Assembly (NCBI RefSeq): GCF_030028105.1
Contig: NC_092387.1
Location: 8,399,305 to 8,463,304 of the forward strand
Direction: 5' to 3'
DNA from: Mobula birostris
Lineage: Eukaryota
Length of the DNA: 64,000 bases
Shown one piece after another: positions 25,410 to 38,454 of this stretch. Every line of letters starts with the position of its first letter. The first letter of the stretch is position 1. The notes below the pieces were generated by a model that was given only the letters and a program-made list of their open reading frames with translations, did no database searches and had not been told where the DNA came from. A program made the translations under genes and the position numbers.

Positions 25410-28063
25410 CAGTACCTATAAAAAGTATACACATGCCCCCCCCCCGGAAGTTTTCATGTTTTATTGTTAAACAACACTGAATCACAGTGGATTTAATTTG
25501 GCTTTTTTTTTGACAGAAAAAGAAAATAGAAAAGCTCTTTCATGTCAAAGTGAAAACAGATCTCTGCAAGGTGATCTAAATTAATTACAAATATAAACTC
25601 AAAATAATTTATTGCATAAGTATACACCCCTTTAATATGACACACCCAAATTATCACTGGTGCAGCCAATTGGTTTTAGAAATCACATAATTAGTTAAAT
25701 GGAGGTCACCTGTGTGTAGTCAAGGTGTTTCAATTGATTGTAGTAAAAGTACACCTGTCTTTGGAAGGTCCAACTGCTGGTGAGCCAGTATCCTGGCAAA
25801 AACTACACCATGAAGATAAAAGAATACTTCAAGCAACTCTGCAAAAAGGTTATTAAAAAGCACAAGTCAGGAGATGGATACAAGAACATTTCCAAGTCAC
25901 TGAATATCCCTTAGAGTACAGTTAAATCAATCATCAAGAAATGGAAAGAATATGGTACAGCTGTAAATCTGCCTAGAGCAGGACATCCTCAAAAACTGAG
26001 TGACTGTGCAAGAAGGGGACTAGTGAGGGAGGCCGCCAAGAGACACATGACAACTGTTACAAGCTTCAGTGGCTGAGATGGGAGAGACTGTGCATGCAAT
26101 AACTTTGCCCGGGTACTTCATCAGTCACAGCTTTATGGGAGAATGGCAAAGAGAAAGCCACTGTTGAAAAAACACAGTGAAATCTCAGCTAGAGTTTGCC
26201 AGAAGGTATGTGGGAGTCTCCAAAGTCAGATGGAAGAAGCTTCTATAGTCTGGTGAAACCAAAATTGAACTTTTTGGCCATCAGTCTAAATGCTGTGTTT
26301 GGTATAAGCCAAACACCTCTGTCACACCTCGTTATCAAGTGGTGGGTAAGCGTGCTCGATGAGGGTCACCAGTTGGGGGAGAAAAACAGATGGTAAGCTG
26401 CAACAGCACATTAGTGCAAGGGGTTTTGTTTAGTGCCAGATGACAAAATGCATGTTGTGAAGAAAATAAGTATTTACAAATAGACAAATGAAAACAAACG
26501 TGTACAAAAATTTACAAATATATAGAAGGTTTCTCCAGGGTACATATATAATTATTCACCAGCTGTCAAATCAACCTCCACACCTCTTTAGCAAAGCCAG
26601 ACTGAGGGTTTAAAGCCAGTCTTGGCCCGAATCGTCAACTGTATTTTTGTTCCATAGATGCTGCCTGGCCTGCTGAGCCCCTCCAGCATTTTGTGTGTGT
26701 GGCTGAGGGTTTAAATTTGCCTCCGCCTGGTCTAGAAGAAACACAAAATTCTACTGTTGGTCTGGGGGGTGGGGTGGGGAAATCACATGACTGGACCATA
26801 ATTGTTTCAGATGCAGAATTAGAACATTTTAAACAGGGATTCTAACATGCTACAGTTTTGTTCCACAACAAATGCTAGTTAAACTCATTCATGAAGTGTC
26901 CACAAATATAAAATGTTAATGCCTCCCCACCAGTGGAGTTGCCTATGTGGGGTGTATTGCGCCTTAAAACATTATTTTAAGATGCCGCAAACTGTCACTC
27001 GGGTCTTTTGGGGCCATTTTGCTGTCTGCAAACCTATGTAATGGCTTGAGTTAAAATAAATGAAACTGTTTGGGATGCCTGTGTCTAGAATCCTTATTTT
27101 TGTGAGTTATAAGCCAGTACAGCATGTTAACTGAAGGGATTAATTTGATTAGCCAAGCTACCGATTGTTTTACCGTTGGAGTGTGTAAATGGTGAACTCA
27201 CAAAAACTGCAGAACGGGAGGGCAAAGTGTGTGAACTACTGGGGGAATTGACAGGGACAGAATGAGGAGGAGTGATTAACCTGCAAAGGGGGGGGGGGTG
27301 GGCAAGGTTAGCGGGAGAACTAACATTGCCAGCCTGTTCTGTCACAACCAGACATCATCAAAAACACACCATCTCTACCGTGAAGCATGATGGTGGCTGC
27401 ATCATGCTGTGGGGATGCTTCACTGCAGCATGCCCTGGAAAGCTTGTGAAAATAGAGGGTAAAATTAATACAGCAAAATACAGGGAAATCCTGGAGGAAA
27501 ACCTGATGCAGTCTGCAAGAGAACTGCGACTTGAGAAGATTTGTTTTCCAGCGAGACAATGACCCTAAGCATAAAACCAAAGCTACACAGGAATGGCTTT
27601 AAACAACAAAGTTAATGTCCTGGAGTGGCCAAGTCAGAGTCCAGACCTGAATGCAATTGAGAATTTGTAGCTACACTTGAAAAGGACTGTTCACTCATGA
27701 TCCCCATGCAATCTGACAAAGCTTGAACAGGTTTTGTAAAGAAGAATGGGGAAAAATTGTGTCCAAATGTGCAAAGCTGATAGAGACCTATCCACACAGA
27801 CTCGAGCTGTAATTGCTGCCAAAGGTGCATCTACTAAATACTGACTTGAAGGGGGGTGACTACATGTGCAATCAATTATTGTTTTATATTTGTAATTTAT
27901 TTATATCACTTTGTAGAGATCTGTTTTCGCTTTGACATGAAAGTCTTTTCTATTGATCAGTGTCAAAAAAGCCAAATTAAATCCAGTGATTCAACGTTGT
28001 AAAACAATAAAACATGAATACTTCCCGGGGGGGGGGGGGATTGAATACTTTTTATAGGCACTG
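25410..28063 (+). mobile_element. Tc1 DNA transposon with long TIRs; transposase decayed
   Basis: TA|cagtacctataaaaagtat ... atactttttataggcactg; TIRs of about 220 bp; transposase remnant from ATG 25810 (MKIKEY...KHKSGDGYKNISKSL) through TVKHDGGCIMLWGCF and WPSQSPDLN-like sequence to TGA 27844. Confidence 0.9.
26320..27346. mobile_element. Solo-LTR-like insertion inside the Tc1
   Basis: TGTCAC...GTCACA ends interrupt the transposase; flanks acctc / accag; it contains a pLTR fragment (26615-26702) with a perfect 13-bp TSD ctgagggtttaaa. Confidence 0.6.
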
Positions 28064-28379
28064 TGTATCACTGTATACAGCCCTGAGATTTATTTTCTCA
28101 TAGGTATATCAGAATCAGGTTTATTATCACCGGCATGTGACATGAAATTTGTTAACTTAGCAGCAGCAGTTCAATGCAATACATAATCTAGCAGAGAGAA
28201 AAAATAATAAATAAAACAATAAATAAACAAGTAAATCAATTATGTATATTGAATAGATGATTAAAAAATGTGCAAAAACAGGAATACTGTATATTAAAAA
28301 AGTGAGGTATTTATAAGAAAATAAAAATTTACAATTGAATTTGTGAGAAAAATCTACATAAACAGTGACAATCAACTAA

Positions 28380-28850
28380 TTTGCAAAAAAAGACAAATTA
28401 CGCAAATTAAAAGTGTGTGTACATATTGAGAGATAGCTAGATAGTACTGAGAACATGAGTTGTAGAGTCCTTGAAAATGAGTATATAGGTTGCAGATTTA
28501 GTTCAGAGTTGTAGTGAGTGAAGTTATCCACACCAGTTCAGAAGCCTGGTGGGTGTAGGGTAATAACTGTTCCTAAACCTTGTGGTGTGGGACCTAAGTC
28601 TCCTGTACCCCCTTCCTGATGGCAGCAACTAGAAGAGAGCATAGCTTGGATGTTAGGGGGTCCTTGATGATGGATACTGCTTTCTTGTGACAGTGCTCCA
28701 TGTAAATATGCTCAATGGTGGGGATGGTTTTGTGGTGATGGACTGGGCTGTATGTGTCACTTTCTGTAGACTTTTCTGTTCCTGGGCATTGATGTTTCTA
28801 TACCAGGCTGTGATGCAACCAGTTAGGATACTCTCCACTGCACATCTATA
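28380..28850 (-). mobile_element. Rex1/L2-group LINE 3' fragment
   Basis: ORF 28653..29009 FYRCAVESILTGCITAWY; boundaries approximate. Confidence 0.7.
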
Positions 28851-29834
28851 GAATAACACTTTGAGATTGTCAGTAACAAGTTTTACCCATTCTTCCTTAT
28901 CAGGCGGCTGAATTAATCTCAAGTAGCAGATCACTGCTGGATTCCCTTTCCACTTTCTTCGAGTCTGAAAACTTTTCTGCCACTTGATGAAGTTTTTGCC
29001 ATTTAACATTGCCTCTCTGCGGGGAGGGTTGAGGAAAATTGCCCTGGGATTTGAGCATGGACTGAGAACAGAATAAAGCCTTTCCAGATGGAGAATACTG
29101 CACTGGGTCTACAATGTATGGCTGATGGGGAGGATGCAGAGTTTGTCTTTTTGTTAAGCAGAATCTATAATTGTTTTTCTAAATGTTGAACAAAAGAAGC
29201 TAAAGAAATAAAAATGGTATGTTTTTTAATTGAAGACTAAATAAAGTACTTGTTCTAGATTTTGGCTGTTTCCAGGCAAAACATGAATTTTACTGCCCTC
29301 ACCATGCAATGTACACAGTCATGCAGCGAGTTAAACAACTTCTCAACAATCACCTGAGATGGAAGCTTTGTTCAGGGTTTTTAATTATATCTTTTTATTG
29401 TGAAAATATTTTAAGATAAAGAATGGATGGAGATGGGTGTCTTTCCACCATTCCTCAAATTTTAAAAAAAACTAACCTATGCAGGAAACTATGCAAAAAC
29501 TGCTTATATGTAGAAGTGATGTCCATAGGAAATGAGTGGCCAGAACACAAATCTTAATTCTGATGTGTGGTAACAATCTCTAGGGGCTGTAGTGAGTTGT
29601 CATGAAGACCCATTCTTTATTCCTCAGGTAGTGGTGTTATCACTGTAACAGGGCCATCATCAAGATGCGAGAAGATTGCAGTTTGATTCTTGCCTGTAAA
29701 TCATAAACCCAAAAGATTCTGTAGATGATTGAAATCCAGAGGGGGAAAAAAAGACAACAAACTGCTGGAGGAGCTCAGCAGGTAAGGCAGCATCTATGGA
29801 GTGGAATAAACAGTCCTTGTGCAGGATTCCCTAA

Positions 29835-30470
29835 AGTTTAATTTGCAGGTTTAATCTGTGGTGAGGAAGGCAAATATAATATTAGCATTAATTTCAAGAG
29901 GACAACGATGTAATGTTGAGACTTTATAAGGTATTGTGAGCAGTTTGGGCCCTTTATCTTAGAAAGGATGTGCTGCCACTGGAGAGGGTTCAAAGGAGGG
30001 TCATGAAAATGATTCCAGGATTGAACGGCTTGTCGTATGAAGAGCATTTGATGGGTCTGGGTCTATATTCACTGCAATTCAGAAGAATGAGGAGTGACCT
30101 AATTGAAACCTATCGAATGGTGAAAGGCAGTGATAGACTGAATGTGGAGAGGATGTTTCCTGTGGTGGGTAAGTCTAAGACCAGAGGGGACAGCCTCAGA
30201 ATAGAGAGCCATTCTTCTAGAACAGAGATGAGGAGGAATTACTTTAGCCAGGGAGTGGTGAATCTGTGGAATTCATTGCCACATGCAGCTGTGGAGGCCA
30301 AGATATTTGGTATATTTAAGGCAGAGGTCGATTAGTCAGGGCATGAAGGGAAATGGGACGAAGGCAGGAGACTGGGGTTGAGAGGGAAAATTGGATCAGC
30401 CATGATGAAATGGTGCAGCAGGCTCAATGGGCCAAATGGCCTAATTCTGCTCCTGTATCTTATGGTCTCA
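29835..30470 (+). mobile_element. CR1 LINE 3' fragment
   Basis: ORF 29970..30335 LERVQRR...LSYEEHL..LGLYSL...DLIETY...RRNYFSQGVVNLWNSLP. Confidence 0.85.
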
Positions 30471-31766
30471 TGGCCTCAAATGCTGGAGAAACTCAGAAGG
30501 TCAGGCAGTATCTATGAAGAGAAATGTACAGTCAATGTTTGGGCTGAGACCCTTCATTGGGTGCCTCAGTAGCATAGCGGTTGTAAGGAGTTTCAGTATG
30601 CCTGTGTTATGTGGGGGGTTTCCCCTGGGCACTCCAGTTTTCCCCTACAGTTCAAAGGGTAGGTCTGTTGGTCATTGTAAATTGTCCTGTGATTGGATTA
30701 GGGTTAAATCAGGGTTGTGGTGTTTCCGGGTGGCTGGGCCCAAAGGGATGGAAGGGCCTATTGTGCTGTCTCATGCGATAAATGAAATAAATGTCAGCAC
30801 TGAAAAGAAAGGGGGAAGACACCAGAATCACAAACAACAAGTCCTGCCCTTGCAGTCCAGATTCAAAATGATCCAACGAGCATTTGTAAACACAAGAAAT
30901 TCTGCACATGATGGAAATCCAGAGTAACACAAACAAAATTCTGGAGGAACTCGGCAGGTCAGGTAGCATCCATGAGAAGGAATGAACAGTCGACATTTTA
31001 GGCTGAGACTTTTCTTTAGAATTGTTTATTCCTTTCCATAGATGCTGCTTGACCTGGTCAGTTCTTCCAGCATCTTGTGTGTGTTCCTCTCTGATTCTCT
31101 ATTTACACTTTATACTTTATTGTTGCCAAACAATTGATACTAGAACGTATAATCATCACAGCGATATTTGATTCTGCGCTTCCCGCTCCCTGGATTACAA
31201 ATCAAGAGTAAATATTTAAAATTTAAATTATAAATCATAAATAGAAAATAGGAAAATAGAAAGTAAGGTAGTGCAAAAAAACCGAGAGGCAGGTCCGGAT
31301 ATTTGGAGGGTATGGCCCAGATCCGGGTCAGGATCCGTTCAGCAGTCTTATCACAGTTGGAAAGAAGCTGTTCCCAAATCTGGCCGTACATATATGAGTA
31401 GCACTGGAGAACTGTAGTTTGGCTCTTGTGGATAACAAGATTGTACTTGGTTGGTGTCACTACTAGAGTACAAACCACTGTAGCTCTCTACTGGAGTTCT
31501 CGCACAATTTAACTGGAGCAATGATAACTGACTGTTCCTTACAGTCACACACAACAAATATTGTGAGAAATATTAGAGCAAAATAAATTAGTTTTGGCTG
31601 ACTTACTGAGTACCCCCAGCATTTTGTGTGTGTTACTCAAGATTTGCAGCATCTACAGGATCTCTTGTGTTTTTGATCAGCCATTGTTCTGTCTGACACC
31701 AGAGTAAACATAAGGTACAATGTGGCCTACTTCTGTTCTCACTTCTTCTGCTGTTGTGAACTTTAG

Positions 31767-31839
31767 CTGTGAGTCGACCCGAACATCTCTGACCACCAGC
31801 CCCAGTTGTGTTCACACACCACTGAGATCAACTGCTTAG
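31767..31839 (+). pseudogene. Duplicate of the putative TTLL13 last exon
   Basis: Near-identical to 22852-22930, same acceptor, CAG->TAG stop two codons earlier. Confidence 0.4.
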
Positions 31840-32683
31840 TCGTGACTCTGGCAGTGAGCAACTCTCCCAGCCTGCACAGCCCACAGATTTGGTGATCACC
31901 AGTGGCTCTGAATCTAGCCCGGAGAGTTTGAGGCATTAATCTCCCCGCTGGACTGAGAAATCGCAGGGGAAAAAGTGCTGATGAAGGTCTCAGCCAGAAA
32001 CGTTGACTCTTTATTCCTCTCCATAGATGCTGCCTGACTTGCTCAGTTCCCCCAGCATTTTGTGTGTGTTGCTCAAGATTGCCAGCATTTGCAGAATCTC
32101 GTGTTTAAGGTCTGTGCTCAATGTAAATATTGTCGGCTGGCCGCCAAATGAACTTGAGCTTGGGAGCAACATCCAATCTACTGGAGCAACTCAGCAGGTC
32201 AAGCAGCATCTGTGGGTGAAATGTACCTGATGCAAGGGATTTTAACTCAAAACATCAACGATTCCTCCACTGCCACCCCCACAGATGCTGAGTTCCTCCG
32301 GCAGATTGTTGTTCCAGATTCCAGCATCTGCCGTCTATGTGTCTCTGGTTTAAACCTGGAGTGATCTCCTCAGCAGCAGTGTTTGGGAAAGGGGCAACTT
32401 CCCGATCAATAAAAATGAATATGGCCCAAACTCTGATCTTTGTTTCTGAACACGTTGACCGGAGCATTTGCTACAATGGAAGTCAGAGTGGTTGGGTTGT
32501 GGGCAATCAGCCAGCTATCTGCTGGTAAATGTAAATATCTAATAACAGCAGGCCAGTGTCTAGCTGTTGTTTAACTGCAATAATATTCCGCATTCATGTT
32601 TTTTTTTCCTTTTTGCCCTACTTGTGTATCGCACGATCTATGTGGATGGCACAAAACAAAAACTTTTCCTTGTATTGTTAATA

Positions 32684-33028
32684 AGACGGGTGATTGATAA
32701 GTTCGTGGCCTAAGGTAGACGGAGTCAATTTTAGAAAACCGAGCACACTGATTTTTCAACATAGTCCCCTCCTACATTTACACACTTAGTCCAGCGATCG
32801 TGGAGCATACGGATCCCTTTTTTGTAGGAGTCGTAGTCTTGGACCTCCAGAAAGTGGTCCACAGCAGGGGTGATTGATAAGTCTGTGGCCTAAGGTAGAA
32901 GGACTTGAGTTATACAGCTCTTGTTACATGCACCTGTAGTTCAACCCTTTGAGTGATAATGCAGAAGGTTTGAAGTTAATAACTCATCTCATTCTACCTT
33001 AGGCCACGAACTTATCAATCGCCCCTCG
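32684..33028. mobile_element. Mariner-derived MITE upstream of NGRN
   Basis: TA-flanked ~34-bp TIRs gggtgattgataagttcgtggcctaaggtaga / tctaccttaggccacgaacttatcaatcgccc, plus a third internal TIR copy at about 32868-32899. Confidence 0.85.
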
Positions 33029-33099
33029 TACATGTAACAATAATAAACTATAGCTAGTGGTGTGATCCCTCCCACCCCCAAATCCAGCTAATGAAGAGT

Positions 33100-33470
33100 G
33101 TCTACCCGGGGGACTGGAACCTCAGCCCGGCGGAGTGCCACGGCAGTGCGGACCAGAGGTTGGGGAAGTGGGTCTGGGACCAATTGAGCGGCGGAACGAA
33201 TGTGCGCAGAGATTTGTTTCCCTTCTCTGGGCGGCTCAGTTCGAGGATCGGGCCAGAGCCGGTCGGGGCCCAGGGTTGATGATGTTGGGGTGGGCTGCGG
33301 TCCGGTGCGTGGTCCGGGCGGGCATTCCTGCTCCGATTGCCCGGTCCCAGCCCCGGCCCCAAGCTCAGTTTTCCCCCTCCCCGCGGAGTCTGGTGCCGAG
33401 CCGGGCCTTTAACGACGGGGGAATAGAGGCCGAGCCTGAGGAGCAGGAACTGGAGGAGTTAATCAGGTTA
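33100..33470. promoter_or_regulatory. CpG island / promoter of NGRN
   Basis: Abrupt GC- and CpG-rich segment spanning NGRN exon 1 in otherwise CpG-depleted DNA. Confidence 0.75.
33279..33466 (+). CDS. NGRN: Neugrin exon 1
   Basis: ATG 33279 (or 33282); Arg/Ala/Ser-rich transit-peptide-like N-terminus, then EPEEQELEELIR; ATCAG|gttact donor, phase 2. Confidence 0.8.
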
Positions 33471-35299
33471 CTGTACAGTTGTCCCCAGTGCTGAACTCAC
33501 TAACTACCTAACTAACCCATAACCAAGTTAATAATAACTGCAACCAATATTAACGTAGTAATAATAATTACTGATATTAACTAATGGTGCAAAAACTAAT
33601 TAACCAGTATAATTAACTAATTAATCACTGATTCTTATGTTTTGATGTCTTTGAAATGAGAACATTTAAAAAAAAAACTTATCACTAATAAACTTTTCTC
33701 TGGCTTCCAGCCGGGTACCCAAGAAAAGTTTATTCGTTATATACGCCGAGAAAGCACTAGATTATTTTTCAAAAATGTACTTCTGTTTTGATGTTAAAAA
33801 TTAAGTAGTGTATTAGTCTCCGGGGCTTCTTACCTGTGCATTCTGGATGTGGATGAACTGCAGACACAGTTAAGGGTTGGAGACATTGTTAAGAGTCAGA
33901 TGGATTCAGACAGTCCAAGAACTGCCAGTGCCTTGAACTCATTCACACGATCTCCCTCTCTCTCTTGTATATGTGTGATTATTACAGAGAACACTTCCCA
34001 ACAACGTGCTTAATTGGTTGCTGTAGATTGTCCCCTTATATGGATTAAAAGGCAAAAGGAAAGAGAGGGGAGTTGATGGGTGGATGAGAGGGAATAAGTG
34101 ACAGGAATACAGAGAGAGGAATTGGATTAAATGTTTGCTGTAGGAAGTCAGCTTCTATTGGATTAAGCTGTAGAATTGTTATTTTTCTTGTAGTTTAACT
34201 TTCCTATGTTTGAATTTTTATATAATCACCTATATACATGTCATTGTTCAGTGAATTTTCCAGTAATTGTAGTATAGCAGTTTTTGTACTTTCCTGGAAG
34301 CATCTTAAGTTTTGTTTTCTGTAGCAGGTGTCACCTCAGTTGATTCTGGCTATTTTATAGGTTAATTCATTGAGGCCTCTGTCAGTCAGGGTCGACCATG
34401 GATATTGCATCCCAGCTGCCTAGATACGCAAGGCAGGGCAGTACAATATGGAGAGCAAGCTGTTGTCCATATCTCTACGCATCTGATGAACCCAGAGGAA
34501 TAGCAGGGGCCGATACGGTTTGGCACTAGCAGTGTCGTAGGAGTTGCCAGTCAGTGTTGAACTCAGTGTAGGACTACCTGAGGGACTCCAGCTCTGGATT
34601 TTTCCCTTGGGGTTTACTCCCGTAGCCTTCCCCGTATGTGGGTATGGCTGCAATGGAGGTTTGAGATCAGAGTTTTCCCTCTTCTAGATGAGCTGCCAAC
34701 CACGGTTGACAAGCCCCATCTGCCCGAAGTGACTGGTTTTAAGGCGCCAGTAACCCACCTTCGCCCCTCCTGTCAGTAGAAATGGTTCTGCTTCGCATAG
34801 TAGCCAAGTCAGATGTGAAGGCCAGGAGCTGGACTTGGTTGTCAGAGGCTATTTGAGGCACATGTCATTGGGAGCATTTAATAGGTAGTGGGAGCTTGTT
34901 CCCATAACCACTCTCCCAGCTATAACAACCTTAAGGAACTGGTTTACTGTTATCACAAATTACTTGCGGTAATTTATAGTATACTTTGTGTATTGTAAAA
35001 CAAATTTCATGACATACATCAGTGATAATAAGCCAGATTCTGACCTTTGAAGGGCAGTAGTGAACCAGATACGGTTTTAATGGCACTCTTGTAGTTTCAG
35101 GGTCATTCTCTGAGACTGGCTTTAATCTCTTTCATAAACCCAGTAGTCTGCTCTGAAGTGCCGCACAAAGTGTAACCGGTGGTAACCATGATAGGAGAAT
35201 CATCCAAATGCATTCACTTAATTGCTTGTATAATTTGTAACATCTTGGTAAGTGTATCTTTGAAAATATCATGCTGAACATTTCTCCCTCAACTTGCAG

Positions 35300-35410
35300 G
35301 GCTGAGAAGAATAAACAGAAGGCTATAAAATTCCGCCGGATTCAGGCAGAGTTTGGGTGTCGTGGAGCTCTGCCGAGAACTCTAACAACAGAAGCCCTGC
35401 AGCAAATCAG
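35300..35410 (+). CDS. NGRN: Neugrin exon 2
   Basis: ttgcag|G...ATCAG|gtaaac, 111 nt; encodes KQKAIKFRRIQAEFG..GALPRTLTTEALQQIR, the neugrin motif (PRTLT.EA.EQIR). Confidence 0.92.
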
Positions 35411-37823
35411 GTAAACATGACTTGGCCAGTACCTCTCAGTCAGGTTCTTGGATCTGGTGCAAATGAAAAGAGATTAGATTTATTTGTCACATATCCATCG
35501 AAACATACAATGAAGCACATCGTTTGTGTCAACAACCAACACAAAGGATTTGCGCATGGTACGCGCAGTATGGTAGCGTAGCAGTGTAACGCAAAAGTAT
35601 GTACATGTTCAGCACAGCATTGTGGGCCAAAAGGCCTGTATTGTGCTGTAGGTTTTCTACGTGTCTATGCTATGGGCTTGGGTTCATTTCCTGCCACTGT
35701 CTGTGAGGAGGTTTGTACCTTCTCCCTGTGACTGGGTGCTCTGGTTTCCACCACATTCCAAAGATGTACGGGTTAGCAGGTCAGTTGGTCACATGGGTGT
35801 AACTGGGCAGCGCCAGCTCGCTGGGCTGGAAGGGCCTGTCACTGTGCTGTACCTCCAAATAAATAAGTGATGGGGGGGGCAGCCCACAAGTGTCGCCACT
35901 CCCGGCACCAACACAGCACGTCCACAACTTACTAGCCCCAACCTGCACGTATTTGGAATGTGGGAGGAAACCAGAGCACCTGGAGGTAACCCATGCAGTC
36001 ATGAGGAGAATGTACTAATCCCTTACGGACAGTGGCAGAAGTTATCGGGGTCGCTTGGGTGCTGTAATAGCGCTATGCTGACTGTGCCTTGGCCAGTGTC
36101 TCTCAGAAAAGTGCAAGTGATACTTTGAGACTTCTTGACTAAAGCGAGGAAACATCCTGCTTGTTATTTTAGTGCATTATGTCTGATAAATTTTGAGGGG
36201 TTTCTTTAGGTCTAAATGGGAAGGAGTAACTAGTGGGGAGAGGAAAAACAGTAAAGATTTGCATGGACAATGGCTGGGTTCAATTCTGACCTCAGGTGCT
36301 CTCTGTGTGGAGTTTGCAGGTTCTCCCTGTGACTCAGTGGGTTTTCCCCAGGTCCCATAACCAATCAACTTGTGAGTTGGTGGGTTAATTGGTTGCTGTC
36401 GATTGTCCCGTTATATGGATTAAAAGGCAAAAGGAAAGAGGGGAGAGTTGATGGGTGTGTGAGAGGAAATGTGTGACAGGGATACAGAGAGATGTTTGTT
36501 GTACAGAAGCCTGCAAGACTCCATGGCTCCAATCTTCCCCTTTTGTGTGGTAGTAAGTGGGAAGAATGGGCTGTCTGCAGTAATAGAATATTGTTGACAG
36601 ATACATCTGCCCATTAATCAATCCCTACCACTTAATCCCTTTATTTACATGAGACCATTCAATCCATCATGTTCATGCTAGCTCCCAGCACAGCTGTCCC
36701 TTGTCCAGTTTTCCCCTCCGTTTTCAAGTTTAGTTGTCATTCAGCCATGAATACAGCCAAAATGAAATGGATCTCCTCCGGAGCCAACGTGCAAAACATA
36801 GAATCAATAGTCACACACAGCACACAGCACGTATAATTATGATAGCAGGAAAACATAGTTACTAAAAAGAAATTAAAAAGTAATGATATAGATCAAGTCC
36901 ATGAGTGTCATAGCCTGTAAATTGCTGGTGCCTGGATTTTGCCCTGGAGCCATGTTTCTGCAAGAGCACCCCACAGCAGTCCCTCATATTGTGCAGTGCA
37001 GCTGCACACAAAGTCTTCTTGTCTCCCACTGAGCCAACACTGGAGGGTAGCACAGACGGAAGAGGCCAGCCTCCAATGCAGCGTGGAATCCAGCAACCCA
37101 CAGCTAGTTCCAGTGTCTCCGTCGTCGGCAGCCGGAGCCTACTGCCTCTCGTGCCTATCAGCTCCCCTCATTCTTCTTGCCACTTGGGGTTAATTTACAG
37201 CAAGAAATTAATCTACCTCTAACACGCCTTCAGGATGTGGAGGAAACCAGAGCACCTGTGGAAAATCCTTGTGATCACGGGGATAACCTGCAAACTCCAC
37301 ACAGAGTGCACAGAAGATCATGTTTGAACTGTGGCTGCTGGAGGTAGCAGCACTGCCTGCCGCATTACCACAGGGTCCCACATCCACCTTTTACTCACCA
37401 GGTAACAGAGGCAACAGGCGGCATGTTAGCGTAGCGTTTAGTGCAATCGCTTTATAGCGTCAGTGATCAGGGTTTGATTCCCACTGCTGTCTACAAGGAG
37501 TTTGTATGTTCTCCCCATGACTGTGAGGGTTTCTTCCAGATGCTGTGGTTTCCTCCCACATTTCAAAGGTGTACAGTTAGAATTATTAAGTTGTAAGCAT
37601 GTTATGTTGGTGCCACTTGTAGGCTGCCCCCGGCAAATCCTCAGGCCGTGTTAGTCGTTGACAGAAATAACACATTTTGATGTACGTGACAAATACAGCT
37701 AATATTTTATAATCTTTACTAGTGATTAAGTGACGTATGAGCTGATGAACTGATTGTTATGCATGCTGTCTGTGAGCAGTGTTAGTTTTCAGCGGGTGTA
37801 GATTACCTTCTGATGTATTTCAG

Positions 37824-38454
37824 GTTTTTGAAGGCGAGGTTCCCAGAGGAGTGGACTGTGTCTCAGCTGGCCGAGGGCTTCTCGGTCAGCGAGGATGTTA
37901 TCCGTAGAGTACTGAGGAGCAAGTTTATCCCTTCACCAGAAAGGAGGAGGAAACAGGACGCAAAAGTAGCAGCAGTGATGCTGTCCCTCTCTCACAGAAC
38001 AGAACAACCCACTGTCAGTTTACCAGGCCCATCGGACCCAGGCAGATCCAAACTAGTCACGGATCAGCCACCTGTGCCCAGACTCTCTCAGGGGGCAGTC
38101 ACACTTCCCGTACTCCCTGACACCAGAACCAGGGAGGAGGAGGTGGGAGAAAGCAAACCCATTCAGCAGAGATCTTGTACTGACCTCACTGATCAGGGCG
38201 TCATGAAGGTCAAAAGGCAGAGGAGGGAAGCTGCTCGCAAGGAGAGGGATGGGTTCAGGGAAACCAGTGACATGTCTGATGTGGAGCAGCTTCCAGCTGG
38301 TGGAAACCTGGATGAAGAATTGGAGAAATTCACTGCTGGAAGGTGGGGAAATCAAATGAACATTGTACAGAGGGGCCATGAATTTTATGACCAGGAAGGC
38401 AATTTCCTTTACAGAATTAATGAACACCTGACCAATCCCAAACAGGAATCCTGA
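37824..38454 (+). CDS. NGRN: Neugrin exon 3 (last coding exon)
   Basis: tttcag| acceptor; FPEEWTVSQLAEGFSVSEDVIRRVLRSKF and C-terminal VQRGHEFYDQEGNFLYRI. Spliced CDS 930 nt = 309 aa; AATAAA at 39137 and 39183. Confidence 0.95.

Noticed and set aside
33135-33278. Longer NGRN N-terminus from ORF 33135
   Set aside because: The ORF starts at GTG; the first ATG at 33279 already gives a plausible transit peptide and a 309-aa protein.
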